A stretch of 64,000 nucleotides of DNA from Eledone cirrhosa (lineage: Eukaryota): positions 122,202,001 through 122,266,000 of the forward strand of contig OZ024742.1 in the NCBI GenBank assembly GCA_964016885.1, in the 5' to 3' direction. A program made the position numbers and the translations under genes. Under the pieces are notes generated by a model that was not told the DNA's origin, did no database searches, and saw nothing but the letters and a program-made list of their open reading frames with translations. Positions 24,776 to 37,972 of the stretch are shown here, in pieces. Position 1 is the first letter of the stretch. Every line of letters begins with the position of its first letter.

Positions 24776-27700
24776 TGATTTCATTTATTAGCCACAAGGC
24801 CCGATATGTAGGGGACAATACAAAGACAGTGACAGTGGGGGGTTTACAATAAGGTCGAGTAAAAGTGCACAATGGCAAGACTAATTTAACAATGAAGATA
24901 TACAAATATAAAATAATCTATGCATAAATATAACAAAATAAATTCCCCGATAGGGGGTGGACAACCCTGGGGTGACTGAGGTACCCCACCAATCCTGAAC
25001 CACCCTGCGCTTCTAGGGCACCCAGGGAGAGCACCCCTCTCCTCAAGTTAGCTAGCCTATAGGCGCATGGTCAGAGTAGGCCTATTCACACGGGCCATTC
25101 TCGCCACATTCATCCACCTTTTAGCAAATGTACTGGGGTCTTAGCCCTTCTCTCTCCACCCTCACCTTCCTTTACAGGTGAAACTTGAAGAAGTTGATGA
25201 GGGATTGGCTGAAGAGAAAAGTGTATGTCTTCAGTCCTTTAATCTGGTCCACCATATAACCCCTTTCGCAACTGCCATCAGACAGAAGAACATTTCCTGC
25301 TCTTCCTGACCTAAGGAAGGCGGCGGGTCGATCTTCATTATGGACTCGGACGATAGCCGGATTCGTTGCACACGCGACAGTAGCTGTTCGACAAAACTCC
25401 ACAAGTTAGTAATGCACGGACAAATGCGTGCGTAACGGTTTCGTCGTTCTGTGCGCATCTTGGCAGGTCTGTCTGACAGCACTTCCGTGCCTATAGAGTT
25501 TATCCCGAACTGGCAGTGCCTCCCGTTAGCACTGCCAAGCAAGGGATTTCTGGAAATTGTCCATCGTCCCCGGCTCGAACATCCTCCGGTACAGACTGGT
25601 CAGTTCGACTTCGTCGAGGCCCAAAGTTTCTCCGAGTGCGTCATCGCATTTACCCACCACTAATCCTCTATAGAACTCGAGAGTTGAAGTTCCACTGATC
25701 GCATTGCCCGCTTGGTAGAGGGCAATGAGTGCCTGGCAATATTCCAGGTGCCAGTCACCCAGTCTCAGTCTCTTCTTGACTCAGGACTGCAGCTCAGTCA
25801 AAGAGACGAGCTGCGGAAAGGCCCGTTTGATAAACGGCGACCACACCTGCTCACCGTTGAGGCAGAATATCTGGAGATGTCGCAGCCTCAACGCATGTCT
25901 GCGCATCATTAGCCACGGCATGCCCAGTCCTCCGCGTAGAGGGTGCTGGCAGCAGATGGAACGCCTCACCAACGGAACTTGTCCCCTCCACAAGAATTTG
26001 AAGAGGTGCCGTTCCAACTTGACGAGGCGCGGACGGAGATAAGGCATGACGGTCAGGTGGTAGTAGATTACGGACGCGATGTACGCATTCGCCACCTCCG
26101 CGCGACCTTTCAGTGATAGCTTCCTCCCAGCCCATTTTTGGGTGAGACTGGCTACTCTGCTCGTCCCAATTCTTTTCCACCTGGAGGTCTGGTCCGAACC
26201 AAACCCCGAGCAACTTTACCGGTCCGTCCGTCCAGCGCTCCACGACGCTGTTGATCGGCATAGGCTTGCCTCTCCAGGTTCCAAGCTGCAAGCCTACCCA
26301 CTTTTCCCGGTTAAGTTTGGCTCCTGTACACCTTTCATATTCCTTCAATAAGGTGCCGACTGCCTCAATTTCTGAGGTGTCCGACACCATTACGGTGATG
26401 TCGTCTGCATAAGCCGACACCGCCTTTCCACGCCCCGGTTCGAGCGGGATGCCCTGCAACAGCTCCAGCTTCCGCAGTAAAGGCTCGAGAGTCAATACGT
26501 ACAGAAGGGAATAAAGAGGGCACCCTCGACGGACCGATCGGGAGAGCCGAAATGGTTCCGAGATGTGGCCATTAACCTTGACCACCGAGCGTGTGCCACT
26601 GTGCATTGCAGCGATCCAGCTTCTAAAGACCGGGCCAAAGCCAGCTGCTTTGAGGACAAACTCCAGATACCAATGGTCGACCCTATAGAATGCTTTCGAT
26701 TGATCTAAATTGATCAGTGCCCCACCGAAGCCAGGTTTACAACCCACCCTCTCTAGGATGTGTCGCATGAGGTGGAGATTGTCGCGTATGAACCTGGCTG
26801 GGATTGCGCAAGTTTGCGCCTCCCCAACCAAATCCTCGACGACAAACGCCAATCTCTTTGCTAACACCTTGGCCAAAATCTTGAATTCTGGCTTGGGCAG
26901 AGTTATGGGCCTGAAGTTGTCTAATCTATCCCTCTCGTTGTCGTCTTTCCTTATCAGCGTCACCACTCCCCTGCTAACAGAACTGGGAATAGTCCCATTC
27001 TGCTGCCAGTTGCAGTAGAGTGCTTCGAGGAGATCGGCGAACAAGTCAGGCATATTTACGTAAAGCTCGTAGGGCAGGCCATCCAAACTGGGTGACTTTT
27101 GCCGCATGCAGCCGACAAGGGCGTCCTGAATTTCGGCTGGAGTAATCGGCCTTTCGCAGCGTTCAGCGTCGACCGTCGAGATGCGCGGCAAGCCGTCAAG
27201 GTAGGGACTGAAATCTGCTACTCTCGCCACTCTCCCCGAACAAACGAGCAAAGTGCTGGCGAGAACCCTTACACATCCACTTGGAATCGTTTATCTCGTG
27301 TCCGTCTCGGTCCGCCAAAGACCGAATTATCATTTTATTACCACACTGCGCCTCCGCCACGCGGGCCCATCGAACAGTTTTGGTTCCCTCGTTTCTCAGC
27401 GCACGCACCTTAGCTCTGACAATGCAACGTTCGTGTTTCGCATTGAAGAAATGGTCTAATGCCATTCTTGCCGCCAGCACGTCAGTTGCAATGCCACTAC
27501 AAATAACCTCGTCTAACTTATCTACCAGCTCCTCCTCCTTTCTATTTTTCTTTAACGCTAGTTCTTTGCTGAACTCTATCGGAGTTACTCTAATCTCTCT
27601 TTTGAGAGCCCCCCACCATCTGTTGTTGATGATGCCCCTTCTCAACTTTTGCTTAACTAAATTGTTGGCTCGGTCCCTGTAAGCCTTACAGGAAATGACA

Positions 27701-30544
27701 TGTTCAGCTTCCAGTAACCCGGCCCAAATTTGTGATCTGAATAGGCGACCGTTCTAAAAGGTGGGCAGCCTACACTATTTCTATCTATTTTCCTAATGAA
27801 GATCCTGTCTATATACAATCTAGATTACCCTATTCGGTTGCTCCATGTCCATACTGGCGCATTGGGGAAATCTAGTCGATACCTGTCAGACAGTTGGAAC
27901 TGGCTGAGTAGGTGCTTGAGGATTTTGCACCCCCCGCTCCTATCAGCTACTCCCACACAATCCCAGCGTGCGTCTAAGATGCCATTCCAGTCCCCCGCTA
28001 ACAGTAAAGGGCGAGACGTACCCAGAAAGGTCTCCAGGCGCCTAAAGAAGTCCAGTCGTCCGGCTCCTGAAGTGGCGTAGAGGGCCTGGAGGGTCTGCTA
28101 ATGCTCACATCCAAGACCACCAACTTACCGTCCGGGTCCCGGAAGATCGACCTTACCTCGAGATCCAGTCATTTCCTAAACAACACTGCCACCCCACCTC
28201 CCATTTCAGGCCTGCTAACAGATGCGAAGATCTGATAGTCGTCGAAAATCGGGGCTAGTGCGCGCGTGTCGGAAATTCTGGTCTCGCTGACAGCAATCAA
28301 CCATTTCTAGCGACCTGAGGTCGTTGATCAGGCGACCTTGCTTCCAGGGTGACCCCAGGCCGCGAACATTTAAACTTCCTACTCTTAATATGGCCATGTT
28401 GGCAAGCTAAAAGAGAGAGGGAAGGTTTACTTACCTCCCGAGGTCTTGTGAAGGTCGGGTGGCTTGACCTCCATGGTTGGTGGGGTTTCTTTTGGGAACC
28501 CCTTTAAAATTCTCGATGTGGGTTTCACATTCGGGTTTCCCACGTTTTGAGGAAAGCTCTCTCGAATTTCTTTGGCATTTCAAAGATCTCCCCCACTGTT
28601 TGAATGTCCTCGCTTCGTGCTAAGAGGGCCATCAGTTTACCGTTGGCCCTTCTGACAAGCACGAAGTTTTTAACATTTTGTTGTTGTGGTTTTATTTGTT
28701 TTCGTTTTGGTAACGGTGGTGGTGAGGGTTTTGGTGGTGTTGTTTCGGGTATGTCTGTGTTTGTTGTAGGTGTGGTGTCTGCAATTTTTCAGGTATATGT
28801 GTGTCTATTTGTACTTGTGTTTGTTTAGGTTGTTTGCGTTTCGGGGATTTTGTGGGTGGTGTCGATGTTGCTGTTGGTGTTGATGTTATTGTGGAAGTAT
28901 TTGCGTTAGTGTTGTCTGTATTTTTTGTTGTGTATGTTTTTGTGTTTTGTTGGGGCTTTTTTTGTGAGTTTTCTATGTTTTTTTGCACTTTCGGGTTTTC
29001 CTTCATCTTCGCTGCTGGAAGACAAAGGGTCTGTGTCTGTGAGTGTCTCTGTGTCTGTGTGTGCGTTTACTGTTTTGTCTATGAGTATTATTATGTGTGT
29101 GTGGGTGGGGGGGAGCTTTCCTCGTTTTCCCCTTGGATTGGTTTCGGTGTTGGTGGTGGTCCGATTGTTTTTGATGTTGGTGTCCCTGTTTTTTGGCGGT
29201 GGTTGTGCAGCTTTCCGTGCTGACACTGGCGTTGGCAACAAAGGAGGTTTGCAACCCCCTGCATTTTTGCGTTGAGGGCAGAAGGCTTGCAGATGCGTTG
29301 CTTCCCCGCAGACGAAGCAGTGTGGTCTTCCTCCCTCAGTGATTGTTTGGATTGTTGTCCCGTCCTGCAGGCGGGAAAAATCCGGGGTGTTGTTCATGTC
29401 CTCCGGGTTCATTTGGAGAAGAATCTCCAAATCCATTCCGGACCAGTCTTCTCTCTCTGTCCTTTTGATATCCAGGAGGGTAGTGTCTGTCCCCTCCTCG
29501 ATTACGCATCCCAGGAGCCACCATATTTTCATTCCTGGTGGGATGCGGGGAATGCGAACCTTTAATGTCCTTTTACCCATGTAGGACGGGTGTATGATAA
29601 TGCGTTCCGTTCTGCTGGGGGTCACCAAGTGCTTAATTATAAGGGCCTCGGTTTTCAACAGTACCGAGATGGTACCGAACTCTTTGGCCCTTGCTTTATA
29701 CTCTATGTCACTTCCGATGCACTCCAAAGCAGCCTCAACCTCTGCTTGGGTGGCAAGTTCCATTTTGCGCGTCTACACCGAAATGCATCGAAAGTACACC
29801 GTCAGCCTTTGCATGGCTGCTATTGCCCCCTCCGGGATGGTCAGGTTTGCCCAGGACTTCTCCCGTTTAATTAGCCTCCACGCCTGGGCCAACTGCTCGT
29901 CTTTATCGCTAATATCAATATTCAATAAGCTCTTTGCTTTTGCAGCTGCTGATGCTTCTGTTGCTCTTGTTGTTGGTGTTGTCGTTCTTGCTGTTGTTAT
30001 CGGTGTTGTTGTTGTTGCTGTTGCCACCGCCATTCGTGTTTACATTGAAGCTGTCGGTGTTATTATCGTTGTTGCTCTGAGTTGTTGTTGTTGTTGTAGT
30101 GGTCGTGGCGGCGGTGGTGGTGGTGATGTCGTTTTCAGATGATACTGCTGCTAACACAGAAGGGAGAGGTTGTGATGGTAGCTTTTGAGATTTGCCTTCA
30201 CCTTCAGTGGAATGGTCGAGAGACATATCTGTAGTAGTCGTAGTTGTCGTGAGATCTACCGTGGCTGCTTTTGAACTTTTTACCTGAACGTTGTTTACCG
30301 TTTCAAGGTCGAAAATTTCCATATTTTGTTTTTGGTGGAGAAGCGATTTTTCGAAGCTTTTAAAAATAAGTCTGGATATTCGGGCTTAAAGCCAGAATAT
30401 TGAGAGGTCTCCCTCCTTTGGAACCAAGGTGAGTACCTGATGCTTCGTTAATGACAAGAAAATATAAAAAATGATACTTTAAAACAGCTTAAAGTTACGA
30501 AACCTTTCCCCCGCAGACTTGTGCATCTTCATACATGTGCGTCC

Positions 30545-30545
<1 letters not shown>
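24776..30545 (-). mobile_element. Near full-length Tx1/L1-clade LINE, copy A (frameshifted)
   Basis: ORF1 relic 28407-30322 with zinc knuckle CFVCGEATHLQAFC; ORF2 relic 25057-28397 with APE start (GSLNVRGL) and RT (AYADD). Colinear with copy B. Confidence 0.93.
25057..28397 (-). pseudogene. ORF2 (AP endonuclease + RT + C-terminal domain) of copy A, disrupted
   Basis: Fragments 28215-28397, 27196-27645, 25851-27251, 25781-26095; frameshifts and a deletion near 27725 relative to copy B. Confidence 0.9.

Positions 30546-30610
<65 letters not shown>
30546..30610. repeat. (TAA)n tract joining LINE copies A and B
   Basis: Pure AAT run between the 5' end of A and the 3' end of B. Confidence 0.95.
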
Positions 30611-30612
<2 letters not shown>

Positions 30613-30886
30613 TTTCATTTATTAGCCACAAGGGCCGACATGTAGGGGACAATACAAAGACAGGGACAGTGGGGGTTTACAATAAGGTCGAGTAAAAGTG
30701 CACAATGGCAAGACTAATTTAACAATGAAAATATAAAAATATAAAATAAACTATGCAAAATATAACAAAATAAATTCCCCGATAGGGGTGGACGACCCTG
30801 GGGTGATTCGGGTACCCCACCAATCCTGAACCACCCTGCGCTTCTAGGGCACCCAGGACAGCACCCCTCTCCTCAAGTTAGCCAGC

Positions 30887-33800
30887 CTATAGGCGCATGG
30901 TCAGAGTAGGCCCATTCACACGAGCCATTCTCGCCACATTAACCCACCTTTTAGCAAATGTACTGGGGGGGGGGGCAGCACTTCTCTCTCCACCCTCACC
31001 CTCCTTTCCAGGTGAAACTTGAAGAAGTTGATGAGGGATTGGCCGAAGAGAAAAGTGTCTGTCTTTAGTCCTTTCAACCTGGTCCACCATATAATCTCTT
31101 TCGCAACTGCCACCAGACAGAGGAAAATGTCCTGCTCTTCTTGACCTAAGGAAGGTGGCGGCTCGATCTTCACTATGGACTCGGCCGATAACCGGATTCG
31201 TTCCACACGCGACAGTAGCTGTTCGACATAACTCCACAAGTCAGTAATGCACGGACATTGGACAAGTGCGTGCAGAACGGTTTCGTCGTTCTGTGCGCAT
31301 CTTGGGCATGTCCGTCTGACAGCGCTTCCGTGCCTGTAGAGTTTATCCCGAACCGGCAGTGCCCCCCGGTAGCACTGCCAAGCGAGGGATTTCTGGAAAT
31401 TGTCCATCGTCCCCGGCTCAAAAGTCCTCCGGTACAGACTGGTCAGTTCGACTTCGTCGAGGCCCAAAGCTTCTCCGAGTGCGTCATCGCACTTGCCAAC
31501 CACTAATCCTCTATAGAACTCGAGAGTGGAAGTTCCACTGATCGCATTGCCCGCTTGGTAGAGGGCAATGAGTGCCTGGCAATATTCCAGGTGCCAGTCA
31601 CCCAGTCTCAGTCTCTTCTTGACTCAGGACTGCAGCTCAGTCAAAGAGACGAGCTGCGGAAAGGCCCGTCTGATAAACGGCGACCACACCTGTTCACCAT
31701 TGAGGCAGAATATCTGGAGATGTCGCAGCCTCAACGCATGTCTGCGCATCATTAGCCACGGCATGCCCAGCCCTCCGCGTAGAGGGTGCTGGCAGCAGAT
31801 GGACCGCCTCACCAACGGAACTTGTCCCCTCCACAAGAATTTGAAGAGGAGCCGTTCCAACTTGACGAGGCGCGGACGGGGGCAAGGCACGACGGTTAGG
31901 CGGTAATAGATGACGGACGCTATGTACGCATTCGCCACCTCCGCGCGACCTTTCAGTGATAGCTTCCTCCCAGCCCATTTTTGGGTGAGACTGGCTACTC
32001 TGCTTGTTACCTCGTCCCAATTCTTTTCCACCTGGAGCTCTGGTCCGAACCAAACCCCGAGCAACTTTACTGGTCCGTCCGATCAGCGCCCCACGACGCT
32101 GTTGGACGGCATGGGCTTGCCTCTCCAGTTTCCGAGCTGCAAGCCCACCCACTTTTCCGGGTTAAGTTTGGCTCCTGTCAACCTTTCATATTCCTTCAAT
32201 AAGGTGCCGACCACCTCGATTTCTGAGGTGTTCGACACCATCACGGTGATGTCGTCCGCGTAAGCCGACACCGCCTTTCCACATCCCGGTTCGAGCGGGA
32301 TGCCCTGCAACAGCTCCAGCTTCCGCAGTAAAGGCTCGAGAGTCAATACGTACAGAAGGGAAGAGAGAGGGCACCCTTGACGGACCGATCGGGAGAGCCG
32401 AAATGGTTCCGAGAGATGGCCATTAACCTTTATCACCGAGCGTGTGCCGCTGTGCATTGCAACGATCCAGCTTCTAAAGACCGGGCCGAAGCCAGCTGCT
32501 TTGAGGACAAACTCCAGATATCGATGGTCGACCCTATCGAATGCTTTCGATTGATCTAAATTGATCAGTGCCCCACCGAAGCCAGGTTTACACCCAACCC
32601 TCTCTATGATGTATCGCATGAGGTGGAGATTGTCGTGTATGAACCTGGCTGGGATTGCGCAAGTTTGCGCCTCCCCAACCAAATCCTCGACGACAAGCGC
32701 CAATCTCTTTGCTAACACCTTGGCCAAAATCTTAAACTCTGTGTTGAGCAGAGTTATGGGCCTGAAGTTGTCTAATGTATCCCTCTTGTTCTCGTCTTTC
32801 CTTATCAGCGTCACCACTCCCCTGCTCACAGAACTGGGAATACTCCCATTCTGCTGCCAGTTACAGTAGAGTGCTTCGAGGAGTTCGGAGAACAAGTCTG
32901 GCATATTTACGTAAAGCTCGTAGGGCAGGCCATCCAAACCGGGTGACTTGCGCCTCATGCAGCCGACAAGGGCCTCCTGAATTTCGGCTGAAGTAATCGG
33001 CCTTTCGCAGCGCTCAGCGTCGACCGTCGAGATGCGCGGCAAGCCGTCAAGGTAGGGACTGAAATCCGCTACTCTCTCTGACTCGCCACTCTCCCCGACA
33101 ACCGAGCAAAGTGCTGGCGAAAGGCCTCACACATCCGCTTGGAATCGCTTATCTCGTGTCCGTCTCGGTCCGCCAAAGACTGAATTGTGGTTTTATTACC
33201 ACGCTGCGCCTCCGCCACGCGGGCCCATCGAACAGCTTTAGTTCCCTCGTTTCTCAGCGCACGCGCCTTAGCTCTGACAATACAACCTTCGTGTTTGGCA
33301 TTGAAGAAATGATCTAATGTCATTCTCGCCGCTAGCACGTCAGTTGCGATGCCACTACAAATAGCCTTGTCTAACTTATCTACCAGCTCCCCCTCCTTTC
33401 TATTTTTCTCTAACGCTAGTTCTTTGCTGAACTCTATCGAAGTTACTCTAATCTCTCTTTTGAGAGCCCCCCACCATCTGTTGTTGATGATCCCCCTCTC
33501 AACTTTTGCTTAACTAACTTATTGACTCGGTCCCTGTAAGCCTTACGTGGCGGAAATGACATGTTCAGCTTCCAGTAACCCGGTCCTAACCTACGCGTTT
33601 TATTTAGGTCGACCGTACAGATCACAAATTTGTGATCTGAATAGGCGACCGTTTTAAAAAGTGGACAGCCCACACTATTTCTATCTATTTTCCTAATGAA
33701 GATTCTGTCTATATACGATCTAGATGACCCCATTCGGTTGGTCCATGTCCATACTGGCACATTGGGGAAATCTAGTCGATACCTGTCAGACAGTTGGAAC

Positions 33801-34313
33801 TGTCTGAGTAGGTGCTTGAGGCTTTTGCACCCCCCGCTCCTATCGGCTACTCCCACACAATCCCAGCGTGCGTCTAAGATGCCATTCCAGTCCTCCGCTA
33901 ACAGTAAAGGGCGAGACATACCCAGAAAGGTCTCCAGGCGCCTAAAGAAGTCAGGTCGTCCGGCCCCTGTAGGGGCGTAGACGGCCAGCAGTCTAAAGGC
34001 ACCACCTTCGCCACTGCTCACATCCAAGACTACCAACTTACCGTCCGGGTCCCGGAAGATCGACCTTACCTCGAGATCCAGTCATTTCCTAAACAACACT
34101 GCCACCCCACCTCCCATTTCAGGCCTGCTAACAGATGCAAAGATCTGATAGTCGTCGAAAAAGGGGGGCTAGTGCACGCGTGTCGGAAATTCTGGTCTCG
34201 CTTACGGCAATCACATCCATTTCCAGCGACCGGAGGTCGTTGAGCAGGCGACCCTGCTTCCAGGGTGACCCCAGGCCGCGAACATTTAAACTTCCTACTC
34301 TTAATATGGCCAT
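30887..34313 (-). pseudogene. ORF2 of copy B: APE (VYAP, SDH), RT (RQGCPLS, YADD), C-terminal zinc-binding domain (CPRC...H...C)
   Basis: ORFs 34128-34313, 33443-34036, 33069-33338, 32083-33042, 31624-32064 and 30916-31503 in domain order. Confidence 0.92.
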
Positions 34314-34322
34314 ATTGGTAAG

Positions 34323-36283
34323 CTAAGAGAGAGAGAGGGAAGGTTTACTTACCTCCCGGGTCTTGTGAAGGTCGGGTGTTTCGACCTCCATGGTTGGTGG
34401 GGTTTCTTTTGGGAACCCCTTTAAAAGTCTTGATGTGGGTTTCACATTCGGGTTTCCCACGTCTTGAGGAAAGCTCTCTCGAATTTCTTTGAAGAAATTG
34501 AGTGACATTCGGACCAGAAGCAAATCTTCTGGCACGCAAAATGTGCTCATTTTAAAAATCTCCCCCTCTGTTTGAATGTCCTCGCTTCGCGCTAAGAGGG
34601 CCATCAGTTTATCGTTGGCCCTTCTGACAAGCACGAAGTTTTTAACATTTTGTTGGTGTGGTTTTATTTGTTTTCGTTTTGGTGAAGGTGGTGGCGATGG
34701 TTTTGGTGGTGTTGTTTCGGGTATGTCTATGTTTGTTGTAGGTGTGGTGTCTGCAATTTCAGGTATTTGTGTGTTTATTTGTACTTGTGTTTGTTTAGGT
34801 TGTTTGCGTTTCGGGGATTGTGGAGGTGGTGTCGATGTTGCTGATGGTGCCGATGTTATTGGGGAAGTGTCTGCGTTAGTGGTGTCTGTATTTTTTGTTG
34901 TGTGTGTTTTTGTGTTTTGTTGGGGCTTTTTTTTTTGTGAGTTTTCTCTGTTTTTTTGTACTTTTGGGTTTTCCTTCATCTTCGCTGCTGGAAGACAAAG
35001 GATCTGTGTCTGTGAGTGTCTCTGTGTCTGTGTGTGCGTTTATTTATTTTTGTCTATGTATACAGTTGGGGGGGGGGGGGGGTCGGAGAGCTTTCCTCGT
35101 TTTCTCCTTGGATTGGTTTTGGTGGTGATCCGGCTGCTTTTGATGTTGGTGTCCGTGTTTTTGTTGATGTTGTTTTTGGTGGTGGTGGTGGTGGTACAGC
35201 TTTCCGTGCTGACACTCGCGTTGGCAACAAAGGAGGTTTGCGACCACCTGCATTTTTGCGCTGAGGGAAGAAGGCTTGAAGATGCGTGGCTTCCCCGCAA
35301 ACGAAGCAACGTGGCCTTCTTCCGTCAATCATTAGTTGGATTGTTGTCCCGTCCTGCAGGCGGGCAAAATCTGGGATGTTATTTATATCCTCCGGTTTCA
35401 TTTGGAGAAGAATCTCCAAATCCATTCCGGACCAATCTTCTCTCTCTGTCCTTTTGATGTCCAGGAGAGTGGTGTCTGTCCCCTCCTCGATTACGCATCC
35501 CAGCAGCCACCATATGTTCATTCCTGGTGGGATGCTGGGAATGCGTACCTTCACTATCCTTTTACCCATATAGGACGGATGCATGATAATGCGTTCCGTT
35601 CTGCAGGGGATCACCGAGTGCTTAATAGCGAGGGCCTCGGACTTGAACAGTACCGAGATGGTACCGAACTGTTTGCCTCTTGCTTTGTACTCTATGTTAC
35701 TTCCGATGTACTCCAAAGCAGCCTCTACCTCTGCTTGGCTCGCAAGTTCCACTTTTCATGTCTGCACCGAAATACATCGAAAGAGCACCGTCCTCCTTTG
35801 CATGGCCGCTATTGCCTCGTCCGGGATGGTCAGGTTTGCCCAGGACTTCTCCCGTTTAATTAGCCTCCACGCTTTGGCCAACTGTTCGTCTTTATCGCTA
35901 ATATCAATATCGATATTCAATAAGCGCTTTGTTTTTGCTGCTGCTGCAGCAAATGTGGTGTTTCTGATGCTCTTATTGTTGTTGTTGTCATTCTTGCTGT
36001 TGCCACCGCCATCCTTGTTTACATTGAAGCTGTCGGTGTTTTTGTCGTTATTGCTCTGAGTTGTTGTTGTTGTTGTGGTGGTGGTGGTGGTGATGTCGTT
36101 TTCAGATGATACTGCTGCTATGCCAGAAGGTTGTGATGGTAGCTTTTTAGTTTTGCCTTCACATTCAGTAGAGTGGATGACAGGCATGACTGTAGCCGTC
36201 GTAGTCGTGGTGAAATCTGCAGTGGCTGCCTTTAAACTTTTGACCTGAACGTTGTTTACCGTTTCAAGGTCGAACATTTCCAT
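34323..36283 (-). pseudogene. ORF1 (gag-like, zinc knuckle, Thr/Pro-rich) of copy B
   Basis: ORFs 35756-36283, 35054-35752 (CFVCGEATH) and 34323-34979; stops about 10 nt before the ORF2 ATG. Confidence 0.85.
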
Positions 36284-36513
36284 AATTTTTTTCGAAGATT
36301 TTAAAAAATAAATCTGAATATTCGGGCTTAAAGCCCGAATATTGAGAAGTATCCCTCTCTTTAAATCAAGATGTGTACCTTAAGTTTCGTTAATGACAAG
36401 AAAATACAAAAAAAAAGACACTTTAAAACAGCTTAAAGCTACGAACCTTTTCCCCGCAGACTTGTCTGTCTTCACACATGTGCGGCCATAATAATAATAA
36501 TAATAATAATAAT

Positions 36514-37921
36514 AAGTGTGGAGTCATTGTGATGAGGAGGGGTAGGTTGAGCAGAAGTAACGGAATCCAGATACCAACAGGTGAGATGATAAAGGAAATT
36601 GACTCTGAGGAAGGATACAAGTATTTGGGCGTTCTGGAGGCTGATGGCATAAAGAACAAAAAAATGAAGGAATCGTTAAGAACTGAATATATTCGGAGAG
36701 TAAGGAGCGTATTGAAGTCACATCTGAACATCAGAAATGCAATAAGCGCAGTAAATTCCCGAGCTGTGTCTATTATTAGGTACAGTGCGGGAATTCTGAG
36801 ATGGAATGTTGCTGAACAAAAAGAAATGGATAGGAAGACTAGGAAGCTATTGAATATCTACAACATGTTCCACAAGAGGAGTGATGTCGATAGACTCTAC
36901 TTAAGGAGATCTAAGGGTGGAAGAGGTCTTATCAGCATAGAGGACTGTGTTCAGATGGAGAAAAACAACCTACATAAATACGTGACTGATAGTAAGGAGC
37001 CAATGCTCAGAACTGTACTGAAGGAGGGGACAATAGGCCAGGGGATGTCCAAGGAGGAAATAACATCAAGGAGAAAGAGCAGCCTTCAGGAAAAATCCCT
37101 TCATAGTACCTTCTTTGAGAAAACTGAATTTAGAGATCCACAGACATGGAACTGGTTGAAAAGAGGAGACCTTAAAAAGGCAACAGAAGGAATGTTAATG
37201 GCTGCGCAGGAGCAGGCCCTCAAAACGAAGTGGTTGAAACACCATATTTACAAGGAGGAGGCTATCCCACTGTGCAGGATCTGTGGAAAGAGAGAGGAGA
37301 CTGTGGCTCACATTGTATCCGAGTGTAAACACCTAGCCCAGACTCACTATAAGGGCTGGAGACATGATGTGATGGGCTGGGTGGTCCACTGGCACCTGTG
37401 CAAAGTAAACAATTTACCACATTCTGAGAAATTGTATGAGCATAAGCCAGAGGCGGTGATAGAGAACGATCAGGTGAAGGTGCTGTGGGATTTTAGGATA
37501 CAGACGGACAAGAAACTGGAACACAATAGACCTGACCTGGTGGTTGTGGACAAAGAAAAAAGATCGTGCCTGATTGTGGATGTGGCCTGCCCATTGGACA
37601 CGAGAGTGCAAGAGAAGGAGAGGGAGAAAATTAACCGATACCAGGACTTAAAGTGGGAGGTAAAAAGGATTTGGAACTGCCATGAAGTCAAAGTGATCCC
37701 GATTGTCATAGGCGCACTAGGGACTATCTCCAAAAGTTTCCAGGGATGGTTAAAGAAAATCGGCCCCTTCACGCTTTTTGGAACGCTTCAAAAGGCATAC
37801 TTGCTGGGAACGGCAAGAACCCTCCGATACGTCCTGAATATCTGAGGCTGCAGGGAGTGGCTTGATATTCATTCCAACAAACTTTCCAGTTAACTAACAT
37901 CAATGACTGAGACTCAAGGAG
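36514..37921 (+). mobile_element. R4/Dong-like non-LTR element, 5'-truncated (RT end, CCHC, restriction-like endonuclease)
   Basis: Open frame to 37845 with YKYLG, RLYL..GGRGL, CRICGKREETVAHIVSEC, RHD and RPDLVVVD..LIVDVACP (PD-D/ExK); flanked by (TAA)n. Confidence 0.92.
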
Positions 37922-37928
37922 TAATAAC

Positions 37929-37970
<42 letters not shown>

Positions 37971-37972
<2 letters not shown>

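Larger units (their letters stand above)
30611..36487 (-). mobile_element. Near full-length Tx1/L1-clade LINE, copy B (frameshifted)
   Basis: 5' UTR 36284-36487, ORF1 pieces 34323-36283, ORF2 pieces 30887-34313, 3' UTR ending ...AATAAATGAAATC(ATT)n. Confidence 0.95.
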
